Shown here piece by piece: positions 17,960 to 26,889 of a stretch of 45,207 bases of DNA. Numbering within the stretch: the first letter of the stretch is position 1; every line of letters begins with the position of its first letter. Below the pieces are notes generated by a model. It saw only the letters and a list, made by a program, of their open reading frames with translations. It did no database searches and was not told the origin of the DNA. The position numbers and the translations under genes were made by a program. The DNA lies in the sequence record NC_073078.1. The stretch is one strand, 5' to 3'. This stretch comes from Escherichia phage welsh.

Positions 17960-19470
17960 TTGCGCGCCTTTTTAGCTTTCATGTATTCCATCAGGTCGTC
18001 CTGGATATCTCGCTTACTGTCGCGACGCTCGGCGACCAATTCGTCCAGTGTCCCGCGCGCCTGGATAATGTAGACGAATACCGGTCGAGGGTGTCCGGCC
18101 TGCATCTGGCGAACCGGCCCGATACGTTCAACGATCTGCGAAAAGTGCTCAAAGTTCCAGGTATCGGAGAATATTGCCAGGTGATGTCCGCCGTCCTGCA
18201 AGTTAAGGCCGTGGCCCGCCGATGCCGGGTGTGCAAACATGATGGGGATCTCGCCCCTGTTCCACGCTTCCATATCCTTATTGCCCTGCTTACCTTTACC
18301 CAACGCAACGCCGTGCGGAAATTTCTTCTTAAGACGTGCCAGGTCATGCTTATACTGATACGCAACGAGCAACGGCGCGCCGTTCAACTCCTCCACGATA
18401 CTTTCCAGCGCGTCCAGTTTGGCGTCGTGAATCTTCACCCACTCGTCGGTCCTTTCGCCGTCTTCGTCCACCTTATACACAGCGCCGGAAGCAAGCTGAA
18501 GGCACTTAATTGTCTTAGATGCCGCGTTCGCCGCTTCCACTGTTCCGCTTTCCAGTTCGGCGAATAGCTCCGCTTCGAACTGGTCATAAATCTTGCGGGC
18601 TTTCTTCGGCAGGTCCACAACAACAGGCGTATAGATTGGCTTGTCGCACCCGAAGTATTCAGCCGCGTCAACGGTGAGGGATACATCTGACAGACGTTGT
18701 TGTATCTCTTTCTCGGAGTTCTTCAGCGGAGCGTGCTGCATAGTGAAGCTGCCAGGCTTAACAGGCTTGCTAATGAACCAGCGGTCGGTAAATGCCTTAT
18801 AGCTACTGCCGAGGCGTTCGCCACCGTCGACAAACCACGTCTGACCCCATAAGTCTTTCAGCCCGTTGGGTGCGGGTGTGCCGGTAAGGTTAATCCAGCG
18901 CTTGACGTGTTTATGTGCAATCGCTGCCAGTGCGCGGGCGCGCTTGCTCCCCTGCTTGCTACGATAGCCTTTCAGCTTAGTTGATTCATCGGCAACAACG
19001 ACCGTAAAGGGCCACGCATCGCCGTAATATTCGACCAGCCACTCAACCACATCGTAGTTAACACAAACCACGTTAGCGTCGCTCTCAAGCGCGGCAATAC
19101 GGTCCTTCTCCGGTCCGGTGCCGTCTACGACCAGCAGGGATGAGAACCGCCATTTCTCCTGTTCCGGGGGCCATGTACCCGACGCAACACGCAGCGGGGC
19201 CAGCACCAGTACGCGGTCCTCATGATGGGACAGGACGCCAGTCTGGAACATTTTATTCAGCGCCCACATTGTCGCGCCGGTTTTACCGGATCCCATTGTC
19301 GCCCATATATTACATCGCTTATGCTTGAGGATGAACGCGGTTATCAACTTCTGATATTCGCGGCGTCGGAATCGTGCCATTTCTTTATTCCGCCTTTTTC
19401 CAGACTTCGGTTTCACTGTTCCAGTTCCTTTTTGTAGCGTCGTAGTTGGTGGCGTGTCCGATGTGCACAC
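17956..19470 (-). CDS. SNF2/DEAD-like superfamily 2 helicase
   Basis: 504 aa; GSGKTG Walker A-like motif near the N-terminus; VVADESTKLK DExx-box variant; GTP..N and helicase C-terminal features; GTG start. Confidence 0.75.
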   Translation of the reverse strand: MCTSDTPPTTTLQKGTGTVKPKSGKRRNKEMARFRRREYQKLITAFILKHKRCNIWATMGSGKTGATMWALNKMFQTGVLSHHEDRVLVLAPLRVASGTWPPEQEKWRFSSLLVVDGTGPEKDRIAALESDANVVCVNYDVVEWLVEYYGDAWPFTVVVADESTKLKGYRSKQGSKRARALAAIAHKHVKRWINLTGTPAPNGLKDLWGQTWFVDGGERLGSSYKAFTDRWFISKPVKPGSFTMQHAPLKNSEKEIQQRLSDVSLTVDAAEYFGCDKPIYTPVVVDLPKKARKIYDQFEAELFAELESGTVEAANAASKTIKCLQLASGAVYKVDEDGERTDEWVKIHDAKLDALESIVEELNGAPLLVAYQYKHDLARLKKKFPHGVALGKGKQGNKDMEAWNRGEIPIMFAHPASAGHGLNLQDGGHHLAIFSDTWNFEHFSQIVERIGPVRQMQAGHPRPVFVYIIQARGTLDELVAERRDSKRDIQDDLMEYMKAKKARK

Positions 19471-19603
19471 CGGTAGCCCGGAAGCTCTTAAATTTTTGCC
19501 AGCACACCGTCAACGGCAGCGGATCATTCATGCCCGCGATAAACCATACGCGATCGCCCGGTTTACATTCGCCCAGCTTGGTGAGTCGGTAATGTTCTTT
19601 CAT
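19385..19603 (-). CDS. Hypothetical protein
   Basis: ATG 19603 with GGGAGA RBS (track ORF extends to TTG 19618); 72 aa. Confidence 0.4.
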   Translation of the reverse strand: MKEHYRLTKLGECKPGDRVWFIAGMNDPLPLTVCWQKFKSFRATGVHIGHATNYDATKRNWNSETEVWKKAE

Positions 19604-19611
19604 CGTCATGT

Positions 19612-19639
19612 CTCCCAAAAATGGCGGGACAAGCCCGCC
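19612..19639 (-). terminator. Minus-strand hairpin with U-tract (attenuator candidate)
   Basis: On the minus strand GGCGGG-cttgt-CCCGCC followed by ATTTTTGGG, immediately upstream of the next RBS. Confidence 0.45.
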
Positions 19640-19646
19640 GTATTAA

Positions 19647-19820
19647 TTATTTTTGTTCTGCACGGTAGCGGCGCTGCCGTTCGCGCTCTTTCTTATTGCG
19701 GCACGATTTGCACTCTGCCCGATACCCGTCTGGACTGCGCGCAGTCTTACCGGTGTATTTGTGGAACTGGGATAGCGGCTTGACACAGCCACAATTACTA
19801 CAACGTTTTTCTTCAATCAT
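19647..19820 (-). CDS. Small zinc-ribbon protein
   Basis: Internal ATG 19820 with GAGGA RBS; 57 aa with CxxC...CxxC (CSNCGC...ECKSC) and a basic C-terminal tail. Confidence 0.4.
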   Translation of the reverse strand: MIEEKRCSNCGCVKPLSQFHKYTGKTARSPDGYRAECKSCRNKKERERQRRYRAEQK

Positions 19821-19860
19821 CTCTAGAATCCTCGATATGGCTAACCGGCACACTATACCG

Positions 19861-20139
19861 CTATGCGACCAATTCAGCAACCAATAAATCGCAGTCGGAT
19901 ATGTTGTCGATAACGCGAACGTCAGCACCGCGGCGGGCCATTCGCTCATGTTCACGTACCTGGTGCGGCTTCGGTTTTCCTCCGGGGCGCTTCACTTCGA
20001 CGAACACTATTTTGCCGTTGATGATAATAATCAGGTCGGGCGCACCTGCGCGCCCCTCCCATGCCAGTTTTCGGCAGAATCCGCCAACATCTTTCACCCG
20101 TCTCATCAGGTGGCTTTGAATCTTGCCTTCTGGTGTCAT
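19861..20139 (-). CDS. VRR-NUC domain nuclease
   Basis: GAPDLIIIINGKIVFVEVKRPGGKPKPHQVREHE matches the VRR-NUC PD-(D/E)XK core; ATG overlaps the polymerase stop. Confidence 0.7.
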   Translation of the reverse strand: MTPEGKIQSHLMRRVKDVGGFCRKLAWEGRAGAPDLIIIINGKIVFVEVKRPGGKPKPHQVREHERMARRGADVRVIDNISDCDLLVAELVA

Positions 20140-22430
20140 TACTTCCTGTACCTGTACATAATGTCGCCTTCGGCGGCAAGTGGGAAGCCTTTCGCCCAAA
20201 TAGGCAGGTCGCACATCAGCGCGCAAAGCTCCTCTGTCGTGTAGTCGTCGGTGTCTGGCACTTCTGTGATCAATTCGTCGTGGACTGACAGGACGATTTC
20301 ATACCCCGCAGCTTCAACGCCAGGCATGGACCATGCGAGAATATCACGGCACAACGCCTGTACTATGTTCTCCGTCAGTTTGCCGCCGTAGGTATACTGG
20401 AAGCCCCACTGGCGCGTCGTCTGATTCTCGCCCTGATATTTAATGCGTGTGCTGGTGCGCTTCTTGCCGGTGTCTTCGTCAATCTCGGTCGTGACGGACA
20501 GCGCGATGCCTGGGTAGCTCATGATGCGCCCCGACGGCAACTCAATTTTCAACCACCAACCGGCGGCGTTCGGGTCGTCGCGCTCCTCGTCGAAGGTTGG
20601 GTCGTGCTTCGCCTTCGTGCGCACAATCTTAAGCGCTTTCCTACCGTCCGGGCGAACGTTCGCGCCAGCCCAGTACGCTTTGCCCGGATTGCGGATCGCA
20701 CATAACACCGCGTCCTCAAGCTCGGCCCAAAAGGCTACCGTCTTCGGGTGAGCCTCGCGCCACATACGTTTGATTGCGTCACAAGTCAGCCATACGTTTT
20801 TCGGCAGTATGTATGTTGGGCGCTCGTCCTTCTTACCAGGCTTCGGCGGGCGCTTCGCTTCGTTAATGCGGGCGTACTCATAGCCGCGTTTCGCCGCTGC
20901 CCAAATGTGATCCGGGAACGTGCCTTTCATCACGTCCGCCATAGTGTAAAGGTCGAGGCCCAGGTTTTTAGCGAACTGCAAGAACGCCGCGACGCCGCCA
21001 CCATAGCCCAGTCCCAATTCGCACGCCTTACCGATCTGGCGTAAGTCCTTGCGGTTGGCTTTAATGTAGTCCGGGTCCAGGCCGAACATCTTACCGGCAG
21101 TCTCACAATAGATATCGCGACCGGCCTTAAACACCATGAGCGCGGTTTTCTCGCCCGCGATCCAGGCAAGCCCACGCCCTTCCACGTTGGAGTAGTCCGC
21201 TACGACAAACTTCTTGCCCTTAGCCGGGATAATGCACCCGCGAACGGTCGAGGCTGTTAGCTTAGATATGTCATACGCCCAGTGCGCGGTCCCGCGTAAC
21301 AGGGAATTGATGCCGTTGGTGAGCATGTGCGTCCGGACCCAAAAAGCAACGTCGCTCTCGCCTTCGCGGCGCTTAATCTTCCCTTCGTGATCGTCGCTAT
21401 ACTCGCCGCGTGCCAGGTTTTGAGGCTGGAAGCCTTTACCGGCCCAGCGTAGCGTGCGCTTTGCCCCACCATACTGAAGACAACCACGGCGGCGACCATC
21501 GGCGGACAGGCCATTGACAAGCGGATTGTACTTAGTCGATGCCGTTGATGACGCACCGAGGCGCATTTCGATAAGCGCTTTGCCTTCGTCGGGGAAGTCC
21601 GGGTCTTCAAGCAGGTCGTTAAGTGTGGATTTCTGCGCGTTGTGGATTGTGAACGCCGGGGCGATATCACGCAGGATTGGCAGGAAGTCATTGCCTGTCA
21701 GTTTACCGCCAAATCGCTCCCAGGCTTCCTCCTTCAATTCTTCCTTATGCGCCTGCACCGCTTTGATCGCGGCGTTCGCCAGGTCAACGTCCACATAGAA
21801 GCCGCGGTCGTTGATCAACTGGTCGATAAGCAGGATTTCATCTTCCTTCGGAGTATTACCCCAGTCCGGTATGCGCCAGTAGACCTCACGCATCGCGATA
21901 ATATCCAGCGCGGCATATCGCAGAAATTTGGCCCATTCTTCAGGGTGAGTCTCGCGAGTGTAGCGGCGGATTTTGTAAGTCTTAGGGGTCGGCTTACAGA
22001 ATCGTTTGATCAGCGCCTTGCCTGCCTTATCCTTCGCGTGCTCTGCGTCAACGCCCAGCACCTGACACTGCATATCGAGGCTACCCGGCAGCGCGTGGCG
22101 AAAGGCCATAATCATTGTGTCTTCGATCTGGCTTACTGGCAGGTCGATGCCCCACTTCTCACGGATAACCAGGCGGTCAAACAGGAGGCCGTTAGCCATC
22201 ACTATTTTTGCTTTCTTGCGGGATACATGGCGGAGCGCCTTGCGCAGTTCACGCGGCATTGTGGGGGATTCAGTGCAATCCCATGTCTGCACGCGGCCCT
22301 CGTCGATGGCGTATGTGCAAATCATAATCTCGGTGGTTGGGTGCTCTGCGTAGGCGTACGCCCCAACCTTCTTTAGGTCCACCCCGCTAAATGTCTCGGT
22401 ATCGAGAAACAGGCGTTCGAAGTCTTTCAT
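20139..22430 (-). CDS. Family A DNA polymerase with 3'-5' exonuclease domain
   Basis: 763 aa; N-terminal FLDTETFSG (exo I-like DxE), central and C-terminal Pol I-like motifs including RQ..K.....YG and VHDE. Confidence 0.9.
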   Translation of the reverse strand: MKDFERLFLDTETFSGVDLKKVGAYAYAEHPTTEIMICTYAIDEGRVQTWDCTESPTMPRELRKALRHVSRKKAKIVMANGLLFDRLVIREKWGIDLPVSQIEDTMIMAFRHALPGSLDMQCQVLGVDAEHAKDKAGKALIKRFCKPTPKTYKIRRYTRETHPEEWAKFLRYAALDIIAMREVYWRIPDWGNTPKEDEILLIDQLINDRGFYVDVDLANAAIKAVQAHKEELKEEAWERFGGKLTGNDFLPILRDIAPAFTIHNAQKSTLNDLLEDPDFPDEGKALIEMRLGASSTASTKYNPLVNGLSADGRRRGCLQYGGAKRTLRWAGKGFQPQNLARGEYSDDHEGKIKRREGESDVAFWVRTHMLTNGINSLLRGTAHWAYDISKLTASTVRGCIIPAKGKKFVVADYSNVEGRGLAWIAGEKTALMVFKAGRDIYCETAGKMFGLDPDYIKANRKDLRQIGKACELGLGYGGGVAAFLQFAKNLGLDLYTMADVMKGTFPDHIWAAAKRGYEYARINEAKRPPKPGKKDERPTYILPKNVWLTCDAIKRMWREAHPKTVAFWAELEDAVLCAIRNPGKAYWAGANVRPDGRKALKIVRTKAKHDPTFDEERDDPNAAGWWLKIELPSGRIMSYPGIALSVTTEIDEDTGKKRTSTRIKYQGENQTTRQWGFQYTYGGKLTENIVQALCRDILAWSMPGVEAAGYEIVLSVHDELITEVPDTDDYTTEELCALMCDLPIWAKGFPLAAEGDIMYRYRK

Positions 22431-22597
22431 TGCTTAATCCTCACTACGGCGTCAGCACTGCCGATCATGGAGAAGATGCCGTCTGACAGGGCGATCTCTT
22501 CGCCGTTGTTGCGAATCTCGGCAACTGTGAAATATTCCCCCAGTAGCTTGGACCATACTTGCATTCCGACTTTTACTTCGCTGGCTTTAATACGCAT
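22427..22597 (-). CDS. Hypothetical small protein
   Basis: Internal ATG 22597 with AGGA RBS directly after the terminator U-tract; the longer track ORF would overlap the SSB gene. Confidence 0.35.
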   Translation of the reverse strand: MRIKASEVKVGMQVWSKLLGEYFTVAEIRNNGEEIALSDGIFSMIGSADAVVRIKQ

Positions 22598-22612
22598 TTT
22601 TCGTTGTCCTAT

Positions 22613-22637
22613 TAAAAAGCCCGCATTAAGCGGGCTT
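22613..22637 (-). terminator. Minus-strand intrinsic terminator/attenuator after the SSB-like gene
   Basis: On the minus strand AGCCCGC-ttaat-GCGGGCT followed by TTTTT. Confidence 0.55.
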
Positions 22638-22655
22638 GAATAGTGGGCTTTGCCC

Positions 22656-23285
22656 TTAACGGCGGCGACGTTTACGAGGTGCTTCGTCTTCGTCGTCGTT
22701 GTCCAGGTCTTCATCGGAGCAAGAAGACCCGCCACCGCCGAAGGCTTCACCGTCATCACGGAAGCGTAAACCCAGCAAGCCAGCACCGAGTCCCTTGCCG
22801 TTGGTGTTGTTCCACGCCCAAATATCAAGGGACACGTTGCAATAACAACCGGAGTAGATCTCCTGGCCTTCAATCTCGTCGCCGTCTATGGTCATACCTT
22901 GTTCAGTCTGCTTCTCGCCGAGTGACGTTTGAATGATTGGTTGTTTGAACGATTTGGCGTTGATATACAACATGCCTTCGAATTCTTCGGTTACTTCATC
23001 GCGCTCGTCGCCGTCGCGCACTGCGCATTCCTTAGAATCCTGGGCGTAGTGGCGGTCCATCCACTTATCGGCATTCTTCTCGGATTTCAGCTTGTCGGTG
23101 AGCACTGCGCGCGCTGCCGCTTCCACTTTGTCCACCTGCGGATCTTCTTTATCCAGAAGAATCACGGCACGGTATGCCGGTTTTTGTCCATCCTGTTTAG
23201 GGGTATCACGTTCCCAAATTTTCAGGAAGCATACGCGCACATTTTTCAGGTTGACTTTAGCCATTTTCCAATTCCTCATTTTCAC
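22656..23285 (-). CDS. Single-stranded DNA-binding protein (DUF2815-like)
   Basis: N-terminal MAKVNLKNVRVCF pattern, acidic C-terminal tail, position next to polymerase and DUF2800-like nuclease. Confidence 0.6.
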   Translation of the reverse strand: MKMRNWKMAKVNLKNVRVCFLKIWERDTPKQDGQKPAYRAVILLDKEDPQVDKVEAAARAVLTDKLKSEKNADKWMDRHYAQDSKECAVRDGDERDEVTEEFEGMLYINAKSFKQPIIQTSLGEKQTEQGMTIDGDEIEGQEIYSGCYCNVSLDIWAWNNTNGKGLGAGLLGLRFRDDGEAFGGGGSSCSDEDLDNDDEDEAPRKRRRR

Positions 23286-23354
23286 ATGTATCGGGGTTAT
23301 TGGAAGCCACCCCGTTCGGCTTGGTTGCTAATCTACTTGGTTGCGCCTGAGCGG

Positions 23355-23597
23355 TCAAGCGTTTTTATTAAAAAGATTTCGTGTCACGTAGTTGGTGGCG
23401 TTCTCGACCCAGCTTAACGGCGGGCGGTCGATGTTCTTCTCCACCCAGTCGACGGCAGCGTCGCTATATCCGTCGTCCAGCCATTGGGTCGGATGGCGAA
23501 TCATCCAGGCCACCATTAACACGCCTTGCACGCAATGCAGGATAAAGCCCAGCGCGCCGAGCAAAAACATCAATAAGATTGCGAATACTTTATTCAT
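23355..23597 (-). CDS. Small membrane protein
   Basis: 80 aa with N-terminal transmembrane helices (VFAILLMFLLGALGFILHCVQGVLMVAWMI). Confidence 0.4.
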   Translation of the reverse strand: MNKVFAILLMFLLGALGFILHCVQGVLMVAWMIRHPTQWLDDGYSDAAVDWVEKNIDRPPLSWVENATNYVTRNLFNKNA

Positions 23598-25020
23598 TAC
23601 TTAAATCCTCGTCGGTAGCTTCGGACCACGCGGGGCGCGGGTCGTCTATAGGGGCTAATACCGGTTTAGCCGGTGCGCGCGTGATTTTATCACACAATTT
23701 CGCCCACACTTTCGGCTTCTCGTCCTTCAATACCTTCTCGGCGTCGGTAGGACTGAGCAATGTTTCTTTGTACATCACGTCGCGCTTGATCCGGGCCTTA
23801 GTGAAGATTGCAATCACTTCGCTCTCGTCCGCCCACTTACGGATCCCTTCCTTACCGGCAACCATCTTGAGGCCCAGCGATTCGCCATCGCCAGCCATGA
23901 CCGCCTTGAATACCGCGGACTCGATAGCCTTGATGTGCTGGCGCATTGCGTCCAGGCCTTCATAAGCCTTGCGCAGTTCCGCAGCGCTCATAGCACCGGG
24001 GGCTGCTTCTTTCTTACCACGCTTCGCTCGTCGTGCCGCCTTCCGCGCTTCGCGGGCCATATTGCGGGCATGGTTGGCGCATTCTTCCTCTGTCGCAATA
24101 CTCACGTCGTCGCCCAGGTCTTCGTCGGTTGCCGTCGGTGGGGTCATCGTGTCGATTGCGGCCTTAGCGCGGGCACTACACTGATCCGCAAATCGGCACC
24201 ACTGGCACGCATCGACGCTGGGCCGGAAGTCCGCGCGGGTGAGTCCCTTCTTGCCGCGGGAATACGCCTCCAGTGCGGCAATAGCGCGCTTGGATGCAAA
24301 CTTCGCGAATATCTCCAGCGCTTCTACCGAAATATCCCACTCCGACGCCCCGCCGCAATACGGCTGGAAGATAACCAGGCGAACGGTCGTAATGTCGTAC
24401 ATAGTTTGCAGCTTGCGTAGCAGGCCGAGCGCGTACAACATAAGCTGTTTGTTTTCTTTCGCCTCGACCTTATGCCGCCCGGTCTTCAGGTCGCCAACAA
24501 TCAGCATGTACGTTCCATCGGTCTTTTTCATGACCATGACCATATCGGCAGTACCGAACGTTTTAATCCTGTTGCCGTCGATCTCGTAGCCTGAGTGAAG
24601 GACGCGGGTCAGATCGGCGCGCATCTCAAGCTGGACAAACTCCGCCACTTCGAGGAGCGGTCGCCAGTGGTCGATGTACGCGTCGCACTGTTTCACCATG
24701 TCGTCGTTGACCAGTACGCCGCCTTTCGGTGCTTTAGGGTGTGCCTTTACTGGCCCCTTGCCTTCGTTCTCGACGTAGCACCCTTTGTACGTTTTCGCGG
24801 TTATCAGCTTCTCACCGGCGATAATGCGGTTAAGCACGACTTCCGATACTGTGTGCATACTCGTACCGTTAATAGCCGCTTGCCCGGATTCGTTCGGGAT
24901 ACCCTGTTCTACCACCAGGGCCGCGGGACACCCCATCCATTTTTTAGCACCGGATGGCCCGAGTAATGAATGTTCCGTATTACTACCGGATTGTGTTTTG
25001 CGCTTCGGTTTAATCGCCAT
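23590..25020 (-). CDS. PD-(D/E)XK nuclease, DUF2800/Cas4-like
   Basis: 476 aa; N-terminal GPSGAKKWMGCPA pattern; sits in the conserved phage trio of nuclease, SSB and PolA; C-terminal Cys cluster CQWCRF..C. Confidence 0.6.
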   Translation of the reverse strand: MAIKPKRKTQSGSNTEHSLLGPSGAKKWMGCPAALVVEQGIPNESGQAAINGTSMHTVSEVVLNRIIAGEKLITAKTYKGCYVENEGKGPVKAHPKAPKGGVLVNDDMVKQCDAYIDHWRPLLEVAEFVQLEMRADLTRVLHSGYEIDGNRIKTFGTADMVMVMKKTDGTYMLIVGDLKTGRHKVEAKENKQLMLYALGLLRKLQTMYDITTVRLVIFQPYCGGASEWDISVEALEIFAKFASKRAIAALEAYSRGKKGLTRADFRPSVDACQWCRFADQCSARAKAAIDTMTPPTATDEDLGDDVSIATEEECANHARNMAREARKAARRAKRGKKEAAPGAMSAAELRKAYEGLDAMRQHIKAIESAVFKAVMAGDGESLGLKMVAGKEGIRKWADESEVIAIFTKARIKRDVMYKETLLSPTDAEKVLKDEKPKVWAKLCDKITRAPAKPVLAPIDDPRPAWSEATDEDLSNE

Positions 25021-25208
25021 TATTCCACCCTTGAAAATTGAGCAATGTAATAATCGTGTTCAACATTGGCCCGCTTCGCGGCATTGTTCATGGTAGCCGC
25101 CAGTCCTCGAGCTTGCATCCAGCAGCAATTCCAGTTTTGATTCATAACAATTTCTGGTTGCTCGTCGCCGGTAATACGGCAACGAAATAAAACAAAGAAT
25201 ATAGCCAT
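25020..25208 (-). CDS. Hypothetical protein
   Basis: 62 aa ORF with start/stop overlaps to neighbours. Confidence 0.35.
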   Translation of the reverse strand: MAIFFVLFRCRITGDEQPEIVMNQNWNCCWMQARGLAATMNNAAKRANVEHDYYIAQFSRVE

Positions 25209-25460
25209 TTATTTTGTCTCCCAGCGGTCAATTGTTTTTGCTTCGGATGCAACTGCGAAGCGAACATATTCCAGATTGGAATCCGCCCAAATATAAAAGT
25301 CGGGGTTAGTAAAGGTGGTGCGCTTAATTTGCGCGGGGGTGTTACGGCGTTTATCTATTACGGCAACGCGTGACTGAAAGCTGCCGATGCGTTCGAATAG
25401 CCAATAATATGGGCGCTGGTCGCGGGAGTCCACCGCCTCGATTAGCGTGAAGCGTGCCAT
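25209..25460 (-). CDS. Hypothetical protein
   Basis: 83 aa; GAGGA RBS; terminator-like hairpin immediately upstream. Confidence 0.4.
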   Translation of the reverse strand: MARFTLIEAVDSRDQRPYYWLFERIGSFQSRVAVIDKRRNTPAQIKRTTFTNPDFYIWADSNLEYVRFAVASEAKTIDRWETK

Positions 25461-25471
25461 TGTCTCGTCCT

Positions 25472-25500
25472 CTAAAAATAGGCCCGCAGATTAGCGGGCC
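25472..25500 (-). terminator. Minus-strand intrinsic terminator/attenuator
   Basis: On the minus strand GGCCCGC-taatct-GCGGGCC followed by TATTTTT. Confidence 0.55.
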
Positions 25501-25508
25501 GGATAATT

Positions 25509-25634
25509 TTAATCTTCACCGCCGAGTTGTCTATAAACCTCGTCCGGGTCGTCGCCTCTTTCTTCGCAGAAGGCGGTGAATGCCGCCCAATTTTCTGCTA
25601 TGAAATCGAGCATGATTCTCATTTCATAGTCCAT
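25509..25634 (-). CDS. Hypothetical small protein (41 aa)
   Basis: ATG with GGAAG upstream; MDYEMRIMLDFIAENWAAF...; below the track size threshold. Confidence 0.3.
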   Translation of the reverse strand: MDYEMRIMLDFIAENWAAFTAFCEERGDDPDEVYRQLGGED

Positions 25635-25638
25635 GATA

Positions 25639-26148
25639 TTAATCTTCCAATTCGAAATAAGTTTCGACGATTTCTTTTAGCTCTTTGTGGAAGTCTTCGA
25701 CGTCGTCATCTTCCAGCTTAGCGATTGATTTGATCTCGAACGATTCCAGCAGGTCGTCGAATTCGTCGTTCGCATCGTCGTCATCGCCACCGGCGATAAT
25801 CGCGGCATACTGTTTGATTTCGTCGCGCATCTCTGCCAGCGGATCGGCATCTTTCTTACCTTTGCCTTTCGCCGGTGCTTTTTTAGATTTAGCCGGTTTT
25901 TCGTCTTCGTCGTCGTCATCTTCTACGACTTCTTTTTTGGCCTTACCCTTCGCCGGTGCTTTTTTAGCTTTAGCCGGTTTTTCGTCTTCGGCGTCATCGT
26001 CGTCATCTTCGACAACTTCTTTTTTGGCCTTAGACGGCTTCTTGTCTTCCTGTTTACCAACGGCAGCGCCAACGGTTTCATAATGCTTTGCAATGGTTTC
26101 CAGTGCTACTACGCCGCGAGTGATCAGGTTTACGATTTGCTCAAACAT
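25639..26148 (-). CDS. Acidic/lysine-rich repeat protein, first gene of the leftward early operon
   Basis: Start chosen at internal ATG 26148 with strong RBS GGAGATATACC. Tandem KPAKAKKAPAKGKAKKEVVEDDDD units and an acidic C-terminal third; the DNA has a tandem duplication of about 85 bp. Confidence 0.6.
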   Translation of the reverse strand: MFEQIVNLITRGVVALETIAKHYETVGAAVGKQEDKKPSKAKKEVVEDDDDDAEDEKPAKAKKAPAKGKAKKEVVEDDDDEDEKPAKSKKAPAKGKGKKDADPLAEMRDEIKQYAAIIAGGDDDDANDEFDDLLESFEIKSIAKLEDDDVEDFHKELKEIVETYFELED

Positions 26149-26344
26149 GGTATATCTCCGATTGGTTAAGTTTAGGTGTCGGCAGTTAACTTCGTCGGTG
26201 GCCTTAACATATTGCCAGGTTACGCGTTCTCCCGTTCGGGTAGTGGACCTGGTTATATAATCACGGTTGGGAATCCTGACACTTCGATCCGGCCCCTGCG
26301 TTGCCCCTCTCCAGTTTGCGTCCTGCATCCTGTCGACGGGGTGA

Positions 26345-26374
26345 ATAATAGATTGGTTGCAGGATGGGTGTCAA
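26345..26374 (-). promoter_or_regulatory. Candidate leftward early promoter
   Basis: On the minus strand TTGACA, 18 nt, TATTAT; an ATTGGTTGCA motif lies in the spacer; about 190 nt upstream of the first leftward gene. Confidence 0.3.
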
Positions 26375-26384
26375 CAACTAATTT

Positions 26385-26419
26385 CAAAAAAAAGCGCCGA
26401 GGCAAAATGCGACGGCGCT
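26385..26419 (-). terminator. Minus-strand hairpin with U8 tract inside the divergent control region
   Basis: On the minus strand AGCGCCG-13 nt loop-CGGCGCT followed by TTTTTTTT. Confidence 0.45.
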
Positions 26420-26488
26420 AACCAATAAGAGACAATGAGACGAGAATTATTATTACACGCGTGCGCGCCCGTTTCAATATCCAAAGGA

Positions 26489-26517
26489 TTTGACACCGTG
26501 CAGTTTTGGGTGTAGTT
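26489..26517 (+). promoter_or_regulatory. Candidate rightward promoter
   Basis: TTGACA, 17 nt, then TAGTTT (weak -10), about 35 nt before the HTH gene. Confidence 0.3.
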
Positions 26518-26549
26518 TCGTTGGTCATTAACCAACTGAGGGCAGAGCA

Positions 26550-26879
26550 ATGAATGTAAACGACGCAATCGAAATGTTAACGAAGACTGTTTGCAGTGAG
26601 ACAAGCCGGTCATGGGCATACACCGATGCCGTGGGGGCTGTGTTATTTGAAATCGAACGACTGCGGCTTACCGAAAAAGAATTGCGCGCCAGGCTGGAAC
26701 TACTCAACGGTACAGCAGCAAGCAAGCTGCAAAAACACAATGAAGAAATGGAAGAATACAAAAAGCAGGTTATCCGTTTGCGCGCCGAGGGCAAATCTTG
26801 GGCGATGATTGCCGAGTTGACCGGAATTAATCAGAGCACAGTGCGCTCCTGGGTACGCAATAATAAAACTTCTAAGTAA
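26550..26879 (+). CDS. HTH DNA-binding protein (possible early regulator)
   Basis: C-terminal GKSWAMIAELTGINQSTVRSWV is helix-turn-helix-like; first gene of the rightward transcript. Confidence 0.45.
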   Translation: MNVNDAIEMLTKTVCSETSRSWAYTDAVGAVLFEIERLRLTEKELRARLELLNGTAASKLQKHNEEMEEYKKQVIRLRAEGKSWAMIAELTGINQSTVRSWVRNNKTSK

Positions 26880-26889
26880 GGCCACGGCA

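Noticed and set aside
25639-26328. Full-length track ORF for the acidic repeat protein (229 aa, start 26328).
   Set aside because: The N-terminal 60 aa lack an RBS, whereas the internal ATG at 26148 has a strong GGAGA RBS. The upstream part is better explained as the 5' leader of the operon.
26550-26879. Interpreting the HTH protein as a CI/Cro-type lysogeny repressor.
   Set aside because: No integrase, excisionase or operator triplets of lambdoid type were seen. It is annotated only as a putative early regulator.
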